Translations under genes and position numbers: made by a program
Notes under the pieces: generated by a model
Seen by the model: only the letters and a program-made list of their open reading frames with translations
Told to the model about the DNA's origin: nothing
Databases searched by the model: none
Shown here: positions 18,977 through 28,591 of the stretch, piece by piece
How the letters are laid out: the number at the start of each line of letters is the position of its first letter
How positions within the stretch are numbered: the first letter of the stretch is position 1
Assembly: GCA_035384605.1 (NCBI GenBank)
Contig: DAOOIV010000003.1
Location: forward strand, 31,159 to 95,158
From: Phycisphaerae bacterium
GTDB taxonomy: Bacteria; Planctomycetota; Phycisphaerae; UBA1845; PWPN01
Length of the DNA: 64,000 nt
Reading direction: 5' to 3'

Positions 18977-19864
18977 TCACAGTAGCGCCGTGCTGAAATA
19001 GCGCTCCGCACGGTCTGGCAGTACTGTGGCAATGTTGCCTGTGACCCGTTTGGCCAGTTGTCGAGCCGCCCAGACATTGGCACCGGATGAGATGCCCACC
19101 AATAAACCGAAATCACGACCGAGCTGCCGAGTCGTCTCGATCGCGTCCTCGTCGGTAACCTCGATCACCTCATCGATCAGCTTCACGTCCAGAATGGCCG
19201 GGATGAAGCCGTCACCGATGCCCTGGATCTGATGCAGGCCCGGCTCGTGACCGAGCAAGGCAGAAGCATTCTTCGGCTCAACCGCCACCAGCCGCACGTC
19301 CGGCTTGTGCTCGCGAAGGAACTTGCCCACCCCTTGTAGCGTCCCGCCGCTGCCGACACCGGCCACAAAACACGCGATATCGCCGTTCATCTGCCGCCAA
19401 AGCTCCCGGGCCGTCTCGGTGTAGTGGATTCGCGGATTCTCAGGGTTCTCGAACTGCTGCGGAACGAACACCCGCGCATCCTCCGCCGCCATCTCGGCGA
19501 CGCGGCGCACGGCCCCGCCAATACTCTCCTTGTCCGGCGTCAGGATCAGTTCCGCCCCCAGAGCCTTGATGAGCTTCTTCCGCTCCTCGCTCATGCCTTC
19601 CGGCATGACGATCCGGACCTTGTAGCCCTTGAGCCGCCCCACCAGGGCCACGCCGATTCCGGTGTTGCCGGAGGTCGGCTCGACAATGATCGAATCCCGT
19701 TTGAGCTGGCCGTCCCGCTCGGCTCCTTCCAGCATGGCCAGGGCCACCCGATCCTTGATTGAACCGCCGGGGTTCAGAAACTCCGCTTTGGCGTAGATAT
19801 TCTCTCCCTTCAGACGCAGCAGGGGGGTGTTGCCGATCAGATTCAGGATGTTGTCGGTCAGCAT
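18977..19864 (-). CDS. cysK: cysteine synthase (O-acetylserine sulfhydrylase)
   Basis: FLNPGGSIKDRVA (PLP lysine), EPTSGNTGIG, GVGSGGTL. Confidence 0.9.
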   Translation of the reverse strand: MLTDNILNLIGNTPLLRLKGENIYAKAEFLNPGGSIKDRVALAMLEGAERDGQLKRDSIIVEPTSGNTGIGVALVGRLKGYKVRIVMPEGMSEERKKLIKALGAELILTPDKESIGGAVRRVAEMAAEDARVFVPQQFENPENPRIHYTETARELWRQMNGDIACFVAGVGSGGTLQGVGKFLREHKPDVRLVAVEPKNASALLGHEPGLHQIQGIGDGFIPAILDVKLIDEVIEVTDEDAIETTRQLGRDFGLLVGISSGANVWAARQLAKRVTGNIATVLPDRAERYFSTALL

Positions 19865-20167
19865 GGCGTGTTTTTCTCCTTGCCAGGGCTAAGCATATCC
19901 GACTCCGCCCGACCGAGCACGAGGGAGGCGCGGTGCGACTGGGGCGAGAGCCGGATGACCCGCCGGCGGGCGTGGTCGTGCAATCTGAAACCGATAAATG
20001 GCCAAGGTATCGGGCAGAATACCGACCCGGAGGCCTGAGCCGGGCCGCGGGTTCCTGGGAATTACTATAAGCCATTTGTGCTTAATGAGTTGCTGCGACC
20101 GATACCGCCGGACCGTATCGTCAGTGTCAATGTAGATCATGATCTGTGAATAGCTAACCTTGGATTC

Positions 20168-20299
20168 TCAAGTGTTGCGCTGGGTGATAACCGCGCATTT
20201 TTAAGTGCTGCGCATGGAAACAATCTTGTGTTTTTGAAGGCCGGGCATGGAAGTAACCTAGTAATCTTGAGTGCGGTGCAGGGTAGTATTCGACGCTTT
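20168..20299. repeat. degenerate 33-bp tandem repeat, 4 units (a 5th degenerate unit overlaps the sulfatase RBS/start)
   Basis: Units 20168-20200, 20201-20233, 20234-20266 and 20267-20299 share tt-n-a-gtg-n-tgcgca-tgg-a-n-n-aac. No unique spacers lie between units. Confidence 0.8.
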
Positions 20300-20321
20300 C
20301 ATGCAACCGGGAGGGTACGTC

Positions 20322-21887
20322 ATGGCGAATCAGGGACATCGGCAAACGAGATGGACAGGGCTGACGGTGGCGCTCGCGGTTGCGGCGTTAGCCGTTGTGG
20401 TGTCGCCGACATTCGGTCAAACGGACGCGCGGCGGGTCCGGCAGCCGAACATACTGGTGATCATGTCCGACGAGCACAACGCCTCGGTGATGGGCTGCGC
20501 CGGCAACAGGATCGCCCATACGCCGAATCTCGACCGGTTGGCCGAACGAGGCGTTTTGTTCGACGCCGCCTACACGACGTCGCCGCTATGTGCGCCGGCT
20601 CGCCTGTCATTCACCCTCGGCAAGTACATCAGTCATATCGACGTCTGGAGCAACAGCGCCAGACTTCCGCCTGATGACACGCCCTCGCTTCCGCACATTC
20701 TCAATGCGGCCGGCTATGAGTCTTTCTTGTGCGGCAAGATGCACTACGACTCCGAGCACCGCTACGGTTTTGCCGAGCTTGGCAAGGCCGACACCAATCG
20801 GGGAACCAAGAGCGGCGCTCTGGGGCGTCGAAGGCCGGATGATCTCGCACCGTCCGGAACGATCTCCGGACGCTTCGATCAGTTCCGTCCGGGTGACAGC
20901 TCGGGGCCCCTTAACCATGACCGCGAGGTCACGGCCGGAGTCACCCGCTTCCTCGCCGGCCGGAAAAAAACCGACAAGCCCTTTTTCCTGCTCGTCGGCT
21001 ATCTGGCTCCGCATTTCCCGCTGATTGTGCCCGCCCGCTATTGGCAACCTTACAGAGACAAGGTACCCATGCCCGAGATTCCGCCCGGCTACCTCGACAC
21101 GCTGCCTCGCAACTACCGTCACCTCCGCGTCGGCTTCGAGCTGATCGGCCTGCCGGAGGATACCGTCCGTCGCGGACGCGAGCTGTACTACGGCCTCACC
21201 CAATGGCTGGATGGGGAAATCGGCAAGGTGCTGACGGCTCTGGAGGCAAGCGGACTGGCCGAGGACACAGTGATCATCTACACCACCGATCACGGGGAGA
21301 ACCTGGGGGAACACGGCCTGTGGTGGAAGAACTGCATGTTCGATTCAGCGGCCCGCGTACCGCTGATCATCTCATGGCCGAAGCGCTGGCCCGGAGGCCA
21401 GAAACGCGACAAGGCCTGCTCACTGGTCGACCTCGTGCAGACCATCGCCGAGATCGGCGGCGCCAAGGCCCCGACTGACTGGGACGGCGACTCGATGTGC
21501 TCATGGATGGACGACCCTCAGACCGAGTGGAAGGACCTGGCGGTCAGCGAGTACTACGCTCACAACATCGCCTCAGGATACGCGATGCTGCGGACCGGAG
21601 GATACAAGTACGTCTATCATACGCCCGCCGACGAAAAACATCCGGCCGAGCGGGAATTGTACGACCTCAAGGCCGATCCCGGCGAACTGCGCAATCTCGC
21701 GCCTGATCCGGCGATGCAAACCCGGATTCGAGAAATGCATACCCGGCTTGTGAAGGAATTGGGCGAGGACCCCGACAGAACCGAACTCCGCGCACGGGCA
21801 AGCCACGACACAAGGGTAAGCACCCATAGTCGCGGGCGCCCCAACCGCGAGAACAAGCAGCCGCCGGAAACCGCCCTGAACAGGTGA
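20322..21887 (+). CDS. Cys-type sulfatase (arylsulfatase/choline-sulfatase-like)
   Basis: GGGAGGG 6 nt upstream of ATG 20322. Signal peptide. NILVIMSDEH and SPLCAPARLSFTLGKY (C-x-P-x-R formylglycine motif). DHGENLGEHGLWWK. Confidence 0.9.
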   Translation: MANQGHRQTRWTGLTVALAVAALAVVVSPTFGQTDARRVRQPNILVIMSDEHNASVMGCAGNRIAHTPNLDRLAERGVLFDAAYTTSPLCAPARLSFTLGKYISHIDVWSNSARLPPDDTPSLPHILNAAGYESFLCGKMHYDSEHRYGFAELGKADTNRGTKSGALGRRRPDDLAPSGTISGRFDQFRPGDSSGPLNHDREVTAGVTRFLAGRKKTDKPFFLLVGYLAPHFPLIVPARYWQPYRDKVPMPEIPPGYLDTLPRNYRHLRVGFELIGLPEDTVRRGRELYYGLTQWLDGEIGKVLTALEASGLAEDTVIIYTTDHGENLGEHGLWWKNCMFDSAARVPLIISWPKRWPGGQKRDKACSLVDLVQTIAEIGGAKAPTDWDGDSMCSWMDDPQTEWKDLAVSEYYAHNIASGYAMLRTGGYKYVYHTPADEKHPAERELYDLKADPGELRNLAPDPAMQTRIREMHTRLVKELGEDPDRTELRARASHDTRVSTHSRGRPNRENKQPPETALNR

Positions 21888-21953
21888 GGCGCGAGCCTGA
21901 GCGCCCCCGCCTTTCTCTTTCCAAAGCTGATCGTTGAGAGCGGACCGCTTTTC

Positions 21954-23840
21954 TCAGAATTCATCGTACCGGACGAAGGCTTCCATCGCATAGTACTCCG
22001 GCAGGCCGAGCTTGTTGAAAATCGCCGCCGTCTCGGTGTTCCGCGCCTCGGCCCGCTGCCAGAACTCGCGATCGTCATACGGGCCGGGAAAAAGGGCCTT
22101 GTCCTTCTGCGACTGGTGCTTGAAGATCGCGAAAATCTTGTGCATCAACTCCGTTCGCGAAAACGGTATCACCACGTCGATCACGTCCGGCTCCCACTCC
22201 TGCCATGCCCCGCGATACAGCCAGACCTGCACCGGCTTCTCCTCCGGGCTCAGCCGCCTCAGGGCCGCGAAAATGGCCTCCGCACACAACCGGTGCGTTC
22301 CGTGCGGATCCGACAGCTCGCCGGCCACAAACACCCAGTCAGGGCGTATGGCACGCATCAACCCGGCAACAATCTCGATATCCTGCTCGCTGATGGGACG
22401 CTTCCGCACTTCACCGGTCTGGTAGAACGGCAGGTCGAGAAAATGGGCGTTCTGCGTCGGTATGCCCATCGACCGGCACGCCGCAAGAGCCTCAGACTCG
22501 CGAATCAGCCTCTTGATTTCCTGTACCTCGAAGCTGTCCACTTCGCCCGGCTCTTTGTCCGCCAGAAATCTGTGCACCTTGTCATAGAACATCGCGGTCG
22601 ACTCGGTGTCGAGCTTGAAGGTGTGATTCAGGTCCGACCAGAAGTCCAGCAATTGCAGTGCGTGATCGTCGGCCACGGCTATGCTGCCGTTGGTCATGTA
22701 AGCCACATGAACCTCGTTCTCCCTTTGCACGAGCCGGGTCAACGTGCCGCCCATGCTGATCACGTCGTCATCCGGGTGCGGGCTGAAACAGAGCATCCTC
22801 CGCTTCGTCGCCATCAGATTCTTGGTGACGATCGTTGCCGAGAGCCGTCGATGAGTCCGATGGTTGAGCCGGTCGGCCGAACCGACCGCCCGCACAAGCG
22901 AGGAAAGATGATTCCCGCTGTAGTCCTCCGGATCCAGCTTCAGAATGCTCTTGCCGGTCTTCAGGCTGAGCCAGATCACCGCGCGAAGCTGATTCTCCGG
23001 CGTCCATTCGATTTCCCCGAGCAACCACGGCGATTCAACCCGCGTCAGATCGCCGGCAGCCCCCCGGTCGATAAAGATCTCGGCGTTCGGATGGTTCTGT
23101 AGGAACGTGGCCGGAACGGCGTGCGTGACCGGCCCTTCGACGGTCCGGCGGATGATCGGGGCCTTTTGCTCGCCGAAGGCCAGCATCAGAATCCGCCGGG
23201 CTTTCAGGATCGTCCCCACGCCCATGGTAATCGCTCGGTGCGGTACGTTCGCCTCGCCGAAAAAGTCCGCCGCGGCATCCCGGCGGGTCACGGCGTCAAG
23301 ATCGATAAGCCGCGTCCGCGAGTCGATCAGCGAGCCGGGCTCGTTGAAGCCGATATGACCGGTGCGGCCAATGCCCAGAATCTGAATATCGATTCCGCCT
23401 GCCTGTTCGATCATCTCCTCGTATCGCTCACAATAGGCCGACACCTCCGACTCGGGAATTGAGCCGTCAGGGATGTGGATGTTTTCCGGTTTGACGTTGA
23501 TGTGGTCGAACAGGTTTTCCTGCATCCAGCGCCGGTAACTCTGAATGCTGTCCGGCCTCATAGGGTAATACTCATCGAGGTTAAAGGTCACGACTCGCGA
23601 GAAATCAAGGCTTTCCTGCTGGTGCAGTCGAATCAGCTCCCGGTAGACGTTGATCGGCGTGTTGCCGGTCGCCAGCCCGAGAACCGTCTTGCGGCTGTTC
23701 GCATTGTTCTGGCGAATCAGGTCGGCAATGATTCTCGTGACCTCTCGCGCGGCCTCGGCGTCATCAGCACAAATGTGGACGCGGATTCTCTCCAATACAG
23801 TGAATTCCGGAGCGGTCGGTATGGGTTCTTTGCGCAGCAC
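21954..23840 (-). CDS. nagB: glucosamine-6-phosphate deaminase (NagB) fused to a PIG-L/LmbE-type deacetylase domain
   Basis: The N-terminal half has LGLATGNTP and GIGRTGHIGFNEPGS. The C-terminal half has SPHPDDDVISMGGTL and the ELSDPHGTH motifs of the PIG-L family. Confidence 0.85.
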   Translation of the reverse strand: MLRKEPIPTAPEFTVLERIRVHICADDAEAAREVTRIIADLIRQNNANSRKTVLGLATGNTPINVYRELIRLHQQESLDFSRVVTFNLDEYYPMRPDSIQSYRRWMQENLFDHINVKPENIHIPDGSIPESEVSAYCERYEEMIEQAGGIDIQILGIGRTGHIGFNEPGSLIDSRTRLIDLDAVTRRDAAADFFGEANVPHRAITMGVGTILKARRILMLAFGEQKAPIIRRTVEGPVTHAVPATFLQNHPNAEIFIDRGAAGDLTRVESPWLLGEIEWTPENQLRAVIWLSLKTGKSILKLDPEDYSGNHLSSLVRAVGSADRLNHRTHRRLSATIVTKNLMATKRRMLCFSPHPDDDVISMGGTLTRLVQRENEVHVAYMTNGSIAVADDHALQLLDFWSDLNHTFKLDTESTAMFYDKVHRFLADKEPGEVDSFEVQEIKRLIRESEALAACRSMGIPTQNAHFLDLPFYQTGEVRKRPISEQDIEIVAGLMRAIRPDWVFVAGELSDPHGTHRLCAEAIFAALRRLSPEEKPVQVWLYRGAWQEWEPDVIDVVIPFSRTELMHKIFAIFKHQSQKDKALFPGPYDDREFWQRAEARNTETAAIFNKLGLPEYYAMEAFVRYDEF

Positions 23841-24081
23841 GCTAGCTCTCCAGGGCAGGTCTGCTTTCCGCCGGTCGGGCCAGGGCCTCGGCCGCTGAAC
23901 CGCGTCCGGCGGGTGTGGAACGAAACACTATATCGTCCTCGAACCGGCGGGCAAGGCCGCGGACAACAACCCCGCGCCGCCCCGCCAACTCTCCATCGCG
24001 ATGGCCAACGGGCACGGCACTGGTTACGATCACGACAATTCAGCAGTCAGTCAGGTGGTAGTTTCATCAGGGGTGGCCGAA

Positions 24082-25347
24082 ATGTCCGATTCGAACTTGA
24101 TCGAGACTCGCAACAAAGAATCCCGACGTCTTTGGGAGCGATCCTGCCAATGCATCGTCGGGGGCGGGCAGGCCCACAAGAGGCCCGTGGACATCATGAA
24201 ACTCGGCGGGCCCTCGTTCGCCGCCAGAGGCAAGGGGGCCCGGTTCTGGGACGTCGATGGCAACGAGTACCTCGACTACCTGCTGGGCTACGGCCCGATT
24301 GTCCTCGGACACTGCGACCCCGAAGTTAACCAAGCAGTGCGGCGGCAGATGGAGGAGGGCACGGTCTTCAGCATCGAACATCCGCTCGAGATCGAACTGG
24401 CCGAGATGCTTATCCAGACCATCCCCTGCGCCGAGATGGTCATGTTCTTCGTGGGCGGGTCCGCGGCCACCATGGGCGCCATCCGCTGCGCGAGGGCTCA
24501 CACCGGTCGTGAACGGATCATTCGATGCGGTTATCACGGCTGGCTCGACTGGTGCGTGCCGGACAATCCCGGCGTTCCCAGGTTTAACCGGGAGCTGAGC
24601 GTCGCCGTTCCGTACAACGATCTTCCGGCCCTGCGCAATATGCTCGAAACCGCGCCGGGCCAGGTCGCCGCCGTGCTGGTCGAATCGGTACAGGACAACG
24701 GCCCCTCGCCCGATTACTTCCCCGGTGTGCGGCAGCTCTGCGATGAGCACGGCGCCGTCTTCATCCTCGACGAAATCAAGACCGGCTTCCGCTTCGGCCT
24801 GGAGGGCGCAGGCCCGCGGTTCGGCGCCGAGCCCGATCTCGCAACCTTCGGAAAAGCCATGTGCAACGGCTATCCGGCCGCCGTGGTCGTTGGAAAGCGG
24901 AGCATCCTCGAAAAGCGAACCGACACCCACATGGCCGCAACCTTTCACGGCGACTTGTTGTCCGTCGTGGCTGCGCTGACAACCATCCGCGTTCTGAAAG
25001 AACGGGACGGCATTGACCACTTCTGGCGGCTCGGCCGGCGGCTCATGAACGGGCTCAACCGTCTCGCTCGCGAACAAGAGCTGCCGATCAAGTTCGTCGG
25101 ATTCGCCCCCATGCCCGTGCTCAAGCCCGCCGACGAAACCGATCCGACCCCCTGCCCAAAGGAGCTTCGCGACGAAGTCCTCAAGCAGTTTTGTGCGGCG
25201 ATCCAGCGCCGAGGCGTGTTCGCAACACCGCATCCGTGGTTCCTGTCGCTGGCTCATACCGAGGAGGACATTGACAAGACCATCGACGTGGCGGCCGAGG
25301 CCGCATGTGAACTGAAACACTTTCTCGCGCGCGGTGCGGCAGGATGA
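24082..25347 (+). CDS. class III PLP aminotransferase (glutamate-1-semialdehyde aminomutase-like)
   Basis: GGSAATMGAIRCARA and FILDEIKTGFR (PLP lysine). Start chosen at ATG 24082; ORF-track start is 24001. Confidence 0.85.
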   Translation: MSDSNLIETRNKESRRLWERSCQCIVGGGQAHKRPVDIMKLGGPSFAARGKGARFWDVDGNEYLDYLLGYGPIVLGHCDPEVNQAVRRQMEEGTVFSIEHPLEIELAEMLIQTIPCAEMVMFFVGGSAATMGAIRCARAHTGRERIIRCGYHGWLDWCVPDNPGVPRFNRELSVAVPYNDLPALRNMLETAPGQVAAVLVESVQDNGPSPDYFPGVRQLCDEHGAVFILDEIKTGFRFGLEGAGPRFGAEPDLATFGKAMCNGYPAAVVVGKRSILEKRTDTHMAATFHGDLLSVVAALTTIRVLKERDGIDHFWRLGRRLMNGLNRLAREQELPIKFVGFAPMPVLKPADETDPTPCPKELRDEVLKQFCAAIQRRGVFATPHPWFLSLAHTEEDIDKTIDVAAEAACELKHFLARGAAG

Positions 25348-25444
25348 AAGAGCCGTAAAAACGAACCACCCCGAGCTCTGCCACCCGGGGCACTTCGCCT
25401 GTTGGCCCGTTTGCCGTGCAGTCCTGAAGCCGCTCTCGATGCTC

Positions 25445-25633
25445 TCACCGACCCATAGGTCGCTCGACTCGCTTCACCGACTTGCGGATCCGCCGCCGCC
25501 GGCGCTCGCTGGGCTTCTCATAGTAGGCCGTCCGTTTGATTTCCTTGGTGAGGCCTTCCTTCTCGCACATCTTCTTGAACCGGCGGAGCATCTGCTCCAG
25601 GGATTCGTTGCCACGGGCCTTCACCTTAATCAT
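25445..25633 (-). CDS. rpsU: 30S ribosomal protein S21
   Basis: 62 aa: MIKVKARGNESLEQMLRRFKKMCEKEGLTKEIKRTAYYEKPSERRRR. Confidence 0.95.
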   Translation of the reverse strand: MIKVKARGNESLEQMLRRFKKMCEKEGLTKEIKRTAYYEKPSERRRRRIRKSVKRVERPMGR

Positions 25634-26159
25634 ACGGAAACTGATCCTTTCCTTCTCGGCTGAACTTCCTCAAACGTTCGCAACCCTCTTCTCGTACGCC
25701 ACCTACCCCGATCCTGCAAGTATAGTCGGCACGGCCACCCTTGTAAATGCCCCGCAGGCCAGTTCGATGTCGATTGGGGTAGCTCTTGCGGAACCCCAAG
25801 CGCAAGCACGGGATGCCACTGGCGGATCGCCTCTGCCGGTCCTTCTTGCCCGACCAAGTGCCACCTACAGCTCCCTTGCTGCGGCGCAGACTTCGCGAAA
25901 GCCAACGCTGCCACCGCCGTCTCAGCAAAGGGAACGGTGCCGTCAGGCAACCACAGGCGAATACCCGGAGAGACTTAACCCTTTTAAGGACAGATACTTA
26001 GTCAATATCCCATCCCCCTTTGCCCGGTATCGGTTGTCCTGCCTGACGGATCCAAGACCCTCGAACTCGCGGTCTTGTCGCGAAACGATATGATGATGAC
26101 CGACGGCCACCCAGCAACGCGGTCGGGGGCCGGATCCTGCTACTCAATCGGAGAAAACC

Positions 26160-27638
26160 ATGAATCGGACCAATTGCGCCGGTCGGTTGATCATCATTGC
26201 CGCCGTGGGTTGCTTGCTCGGCACCTCGGCGCTGAAAGCTCAAGACACGTCACAGCCCTTCCCCATCCGCGCCGATGAAGCCCGGATTGCCGAGGTGCTC
26301 AAGGATCTCGACACCAAGCGCGCAGGGATGATGAACGTCCCCATCGAAGACGCCCGCCTGCTTCGATTCATGGCCTTGGCCGCCAACGCCAAACATGTCG
26401 TCGAGATCGGCACCTCGAACGGCTATTCGGGCCTCTGGATCTGTCTGGCGCTGCAAAGCACCGGCGGCAAGCTCACCACTTTCGAAATCGACGCCGGTCG
26501 GGCGGCCTTGGCCCGCGAGAACTTCAAGCGGGCCGGCGTCGAGTCCATCGTCACGCTGGTCGAAGGCGATGCCCATAAGGAGATCTCACGGCTCAAGGGA
26601 CCGATCGACATGGTCTTCATCGACGCCGAAAAACCCGGCTACTTTGATTACCTCAACAAGCTCTTGCCGCTGGTCCGGCCCAACGGGCTGATCCTGGCTC
26701 ACAACACCACGAATCTTGGTTCACAAATGAAGGAATACATCGAGGCGGTCACGAAGAACCCGGATCTCGAGACCCTGTTCCTCAAGGTCAGTGATCAGGG
26801 AATGGCCGTTACAGTGAAGAAACCGGCCCCGCCGAAGCCTGCCGAGAAACCGCAGGCCGCCCCGGATGACAAAGCTGAGGGCAAACCGGTTCTCGGCTAT
26901 ATCAACCAGATCCCGCCCGAGTCCGACGAGCAGCGGGCCCTCAGACACAACAAGATCGCCGCGCGCCGCCAAGGCACGCCGGTGATGGTCCATCGAGGTG
27001 ACCGCACAGCGGCCCCCGAGAATACCCTGGAGGCCTACGCCGCCGCGATGGATCGCGGGGCCGACGGCGTCGAAATCGACATCCGCCGAAGCAAAGACGG
27101 CGTGCTCTATTTGCATCACGACGATACCGCCGGCCGCATGATCCCGGGCGAGGGCAAGCTCAAAGATATGACCTACTACGAAATCCTCAGCCGCGGCATG
27201 ACCAAAACCTTCGGCACCGCCGACAAGAATACCCGCGTGCCCACGCTGGCGGCCTTCATCGTGCTGGCCCGACAACGCTGCATGCTCCTGCACTTGGACG
27301 TCAAGGAAGCGGGTTTGCAGGATGACATCATTCATATGTTCGAGGAGGCGGACATCTGGGATCACGTCGTCGAAGTCAACGCCGGCAACGCCGAGCGCAT
27401 CCGCGCCCACCCCAAGGTCAAGCTGCTGCCCTACAAGGGTTGGTGGCCCGAGGGAGAGCACGCGGAGGACCCCGCGGCCGCCAAAGACGTGATGGGCAAA
27501 GCCGGAGTCATGGTCTTCACAAAAGAACCCGGCGCAGCCGTCAAAATGCTCAACAAGCCCGTCCCGTCTGCCCCCGTGCCGCTGCCCAGGAACCTGCGCG
27601 TCATGTGGACCCCCGAGGGTCCGATACCGCAACTGTGA
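26160..27638 (+). CDS. fusion protein: signal peptide, class I O-methyltransferase (family 3), Pro/Lys linker, glycerophosphodiester phosphodiesterase (GDPD) domain
   Basis: VVEIGTSNGYSGLW and FIDAEKPGY match caffeoyl-CoA-OMT-like motifs. Linker KKPAPPKPAEKPQAAPDDKAEGKP lies at nt ~26817-26888. HRGDRTAAPENTLEAY..GADGVEIDIRRSKDGVLYLHHD is the GDPD signature. Confidence 0.8.
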   Translation: MNRTNCAGRLIIIAAVGCLLGTSALKAQDTSQPFPIRADEARIAEVLKDLDTKRAGMMNVPIEDARLLRFMALAANAKHVVEIGTSNGYSGLWICLALQSTGGKLTTFEIDAGRAALARENFKRAGVESIVTLVEGDAHKEISRLKGPIDMVFIDAEKPGYFDYLNKLLPLVRPNGLILAHNTTNLGSQMKEYIEAVTKNPDLETLFLKVSDQGMAVTVKKPAPPKPAEKPQAAPDDKAEGKPVLGYINQIPPESDEQRALRHNKIAARRQGTPVMVHRGDRTAAPENTLEAYAAAMDRGADGVEIDIRRSKDGVLYLHHDDTAGRMIPGEGKLKDMTYYEILSRGMTKTFGTADKNTRVPTLAAFIVLARQRCMLLHLDVKEAGLQDDIIHMFEEADIWDHVVEVNAGNAERIRAHPKVKLLPYKGWWPEGEHAEDPAAAKDVMGKAGVMVFTKEPGAAVKMLNKPVPSAPVPLPRNLRVMWTPEGPIPQL

Positions 27639-27835
27639 GGGTCTTGGGCTCTTGTGGCGGCGCCTGCCGCTGCGGACCAATGGACGTTCCAGACCGGCAG
27701 TCTCCACACCCTATCGGACCATCTCCGCGAGACCCGTTTTTTCTTGACCCTGCCCTGCACGCAATCATAAAATTGAAGTAGCGTCGTTGGTGCGACAGCA
27801 ATCACTGCCCAACGGCCGGGAAGGGAGAGAGCCCC

Positions 27836-28102
27836 ATGACCGACGAAGTATTTGCCGTGCGGATCGAGGAAGCCCGCCGCAAAATCGAGACCCTTCCCGA
27901 AGACCAGCGCGAGCCATTGCTCAGGCTCCTCCATGAGACTTTGCAGCGGCAGTCGGATCTCAAGATGAACTTCTCCAAGCTGCGGTACCTTCTGGACGAC
28001 TGGCGGGTCAAGATGAAGTACATGGCCTTCGATCTCGAGGCCACCAAACGCGAACTGGCCGAACTCCGCCGCAGACAAGACAACTCGGGACCGCAAGCGT
28101 AA
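27836..28102 (+). CDS. small coiled-coil hypothetical protein (88 aa)
   Basis: GGGAGAGAG upstream of the ATG. Heptad-like charged sequence. No recognised domain. Confidence 0.5.
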   Translation: MTDEVFAVRIEEARRKIETLPEDQREPLLRLLHETLQRQSDLKMNFSKLRYLLDDWRVKMKYMAFDLEATKRELAELRRRQDNSGPQA

Positions 28103-28354
28103 TACCCGACCGGCCCGACCGCCGGCCGCCGGAAAGACGGAACCCTCCAGTTGCACAGAACCGACCAGGGACATCGGTATGCAGACCAGGGAGCGGCCTT
28201 CCTCCCGAGTCTCTTGGCACGCACCGAAACACCACCGCCGGCGTGTTTCGTCGTTCGCAACGACACCCCATTCTCGGTATTCCGTATTTGCCGTCCTTCC
28301 CCCAACGCCGCCGTCTGCGACGCTGGGATAAGCCGTGACCTGGCCGATGGTTAG

Positions 28355-28447
28355 AACCTTACGGCCGGATATGTGTGCAGCTTGCGCGCATGTTTCCGGA
28401 TCGCAGAACGCTTGGGCCGCGGCCCGCAAAAAGGCGATCCGCCTTAG
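28355..28447 (+). repeat. 93-nt conserved intergenic repeat, copy B
   Basis: 81/93 identical to copy C by hand alignment. Imperfect hairpin 28365-28399. Confidence 0.85.
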
Positions 28448-28591
28448 GATCACCCAACAGCAACCGGTCACCCCCGGCTCGTACTTGGGCGGCGCCGGCC
28501 CAGCTTGTCGGTATAATCCCTACGGAGCGAGGAAACCGCCCCGCTCAGCGCATGGCGCTCGGGGCGACTCGGCCGATGTTGGAGTCCGTCA

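Noticed and set aside
20168-20299. 33-bp repeats considered as a CRISPR array
   Set aside because: The units are contiguous with no unique spacers and are strongly degenerate. There are only four or five of them, and no cas genes are present.
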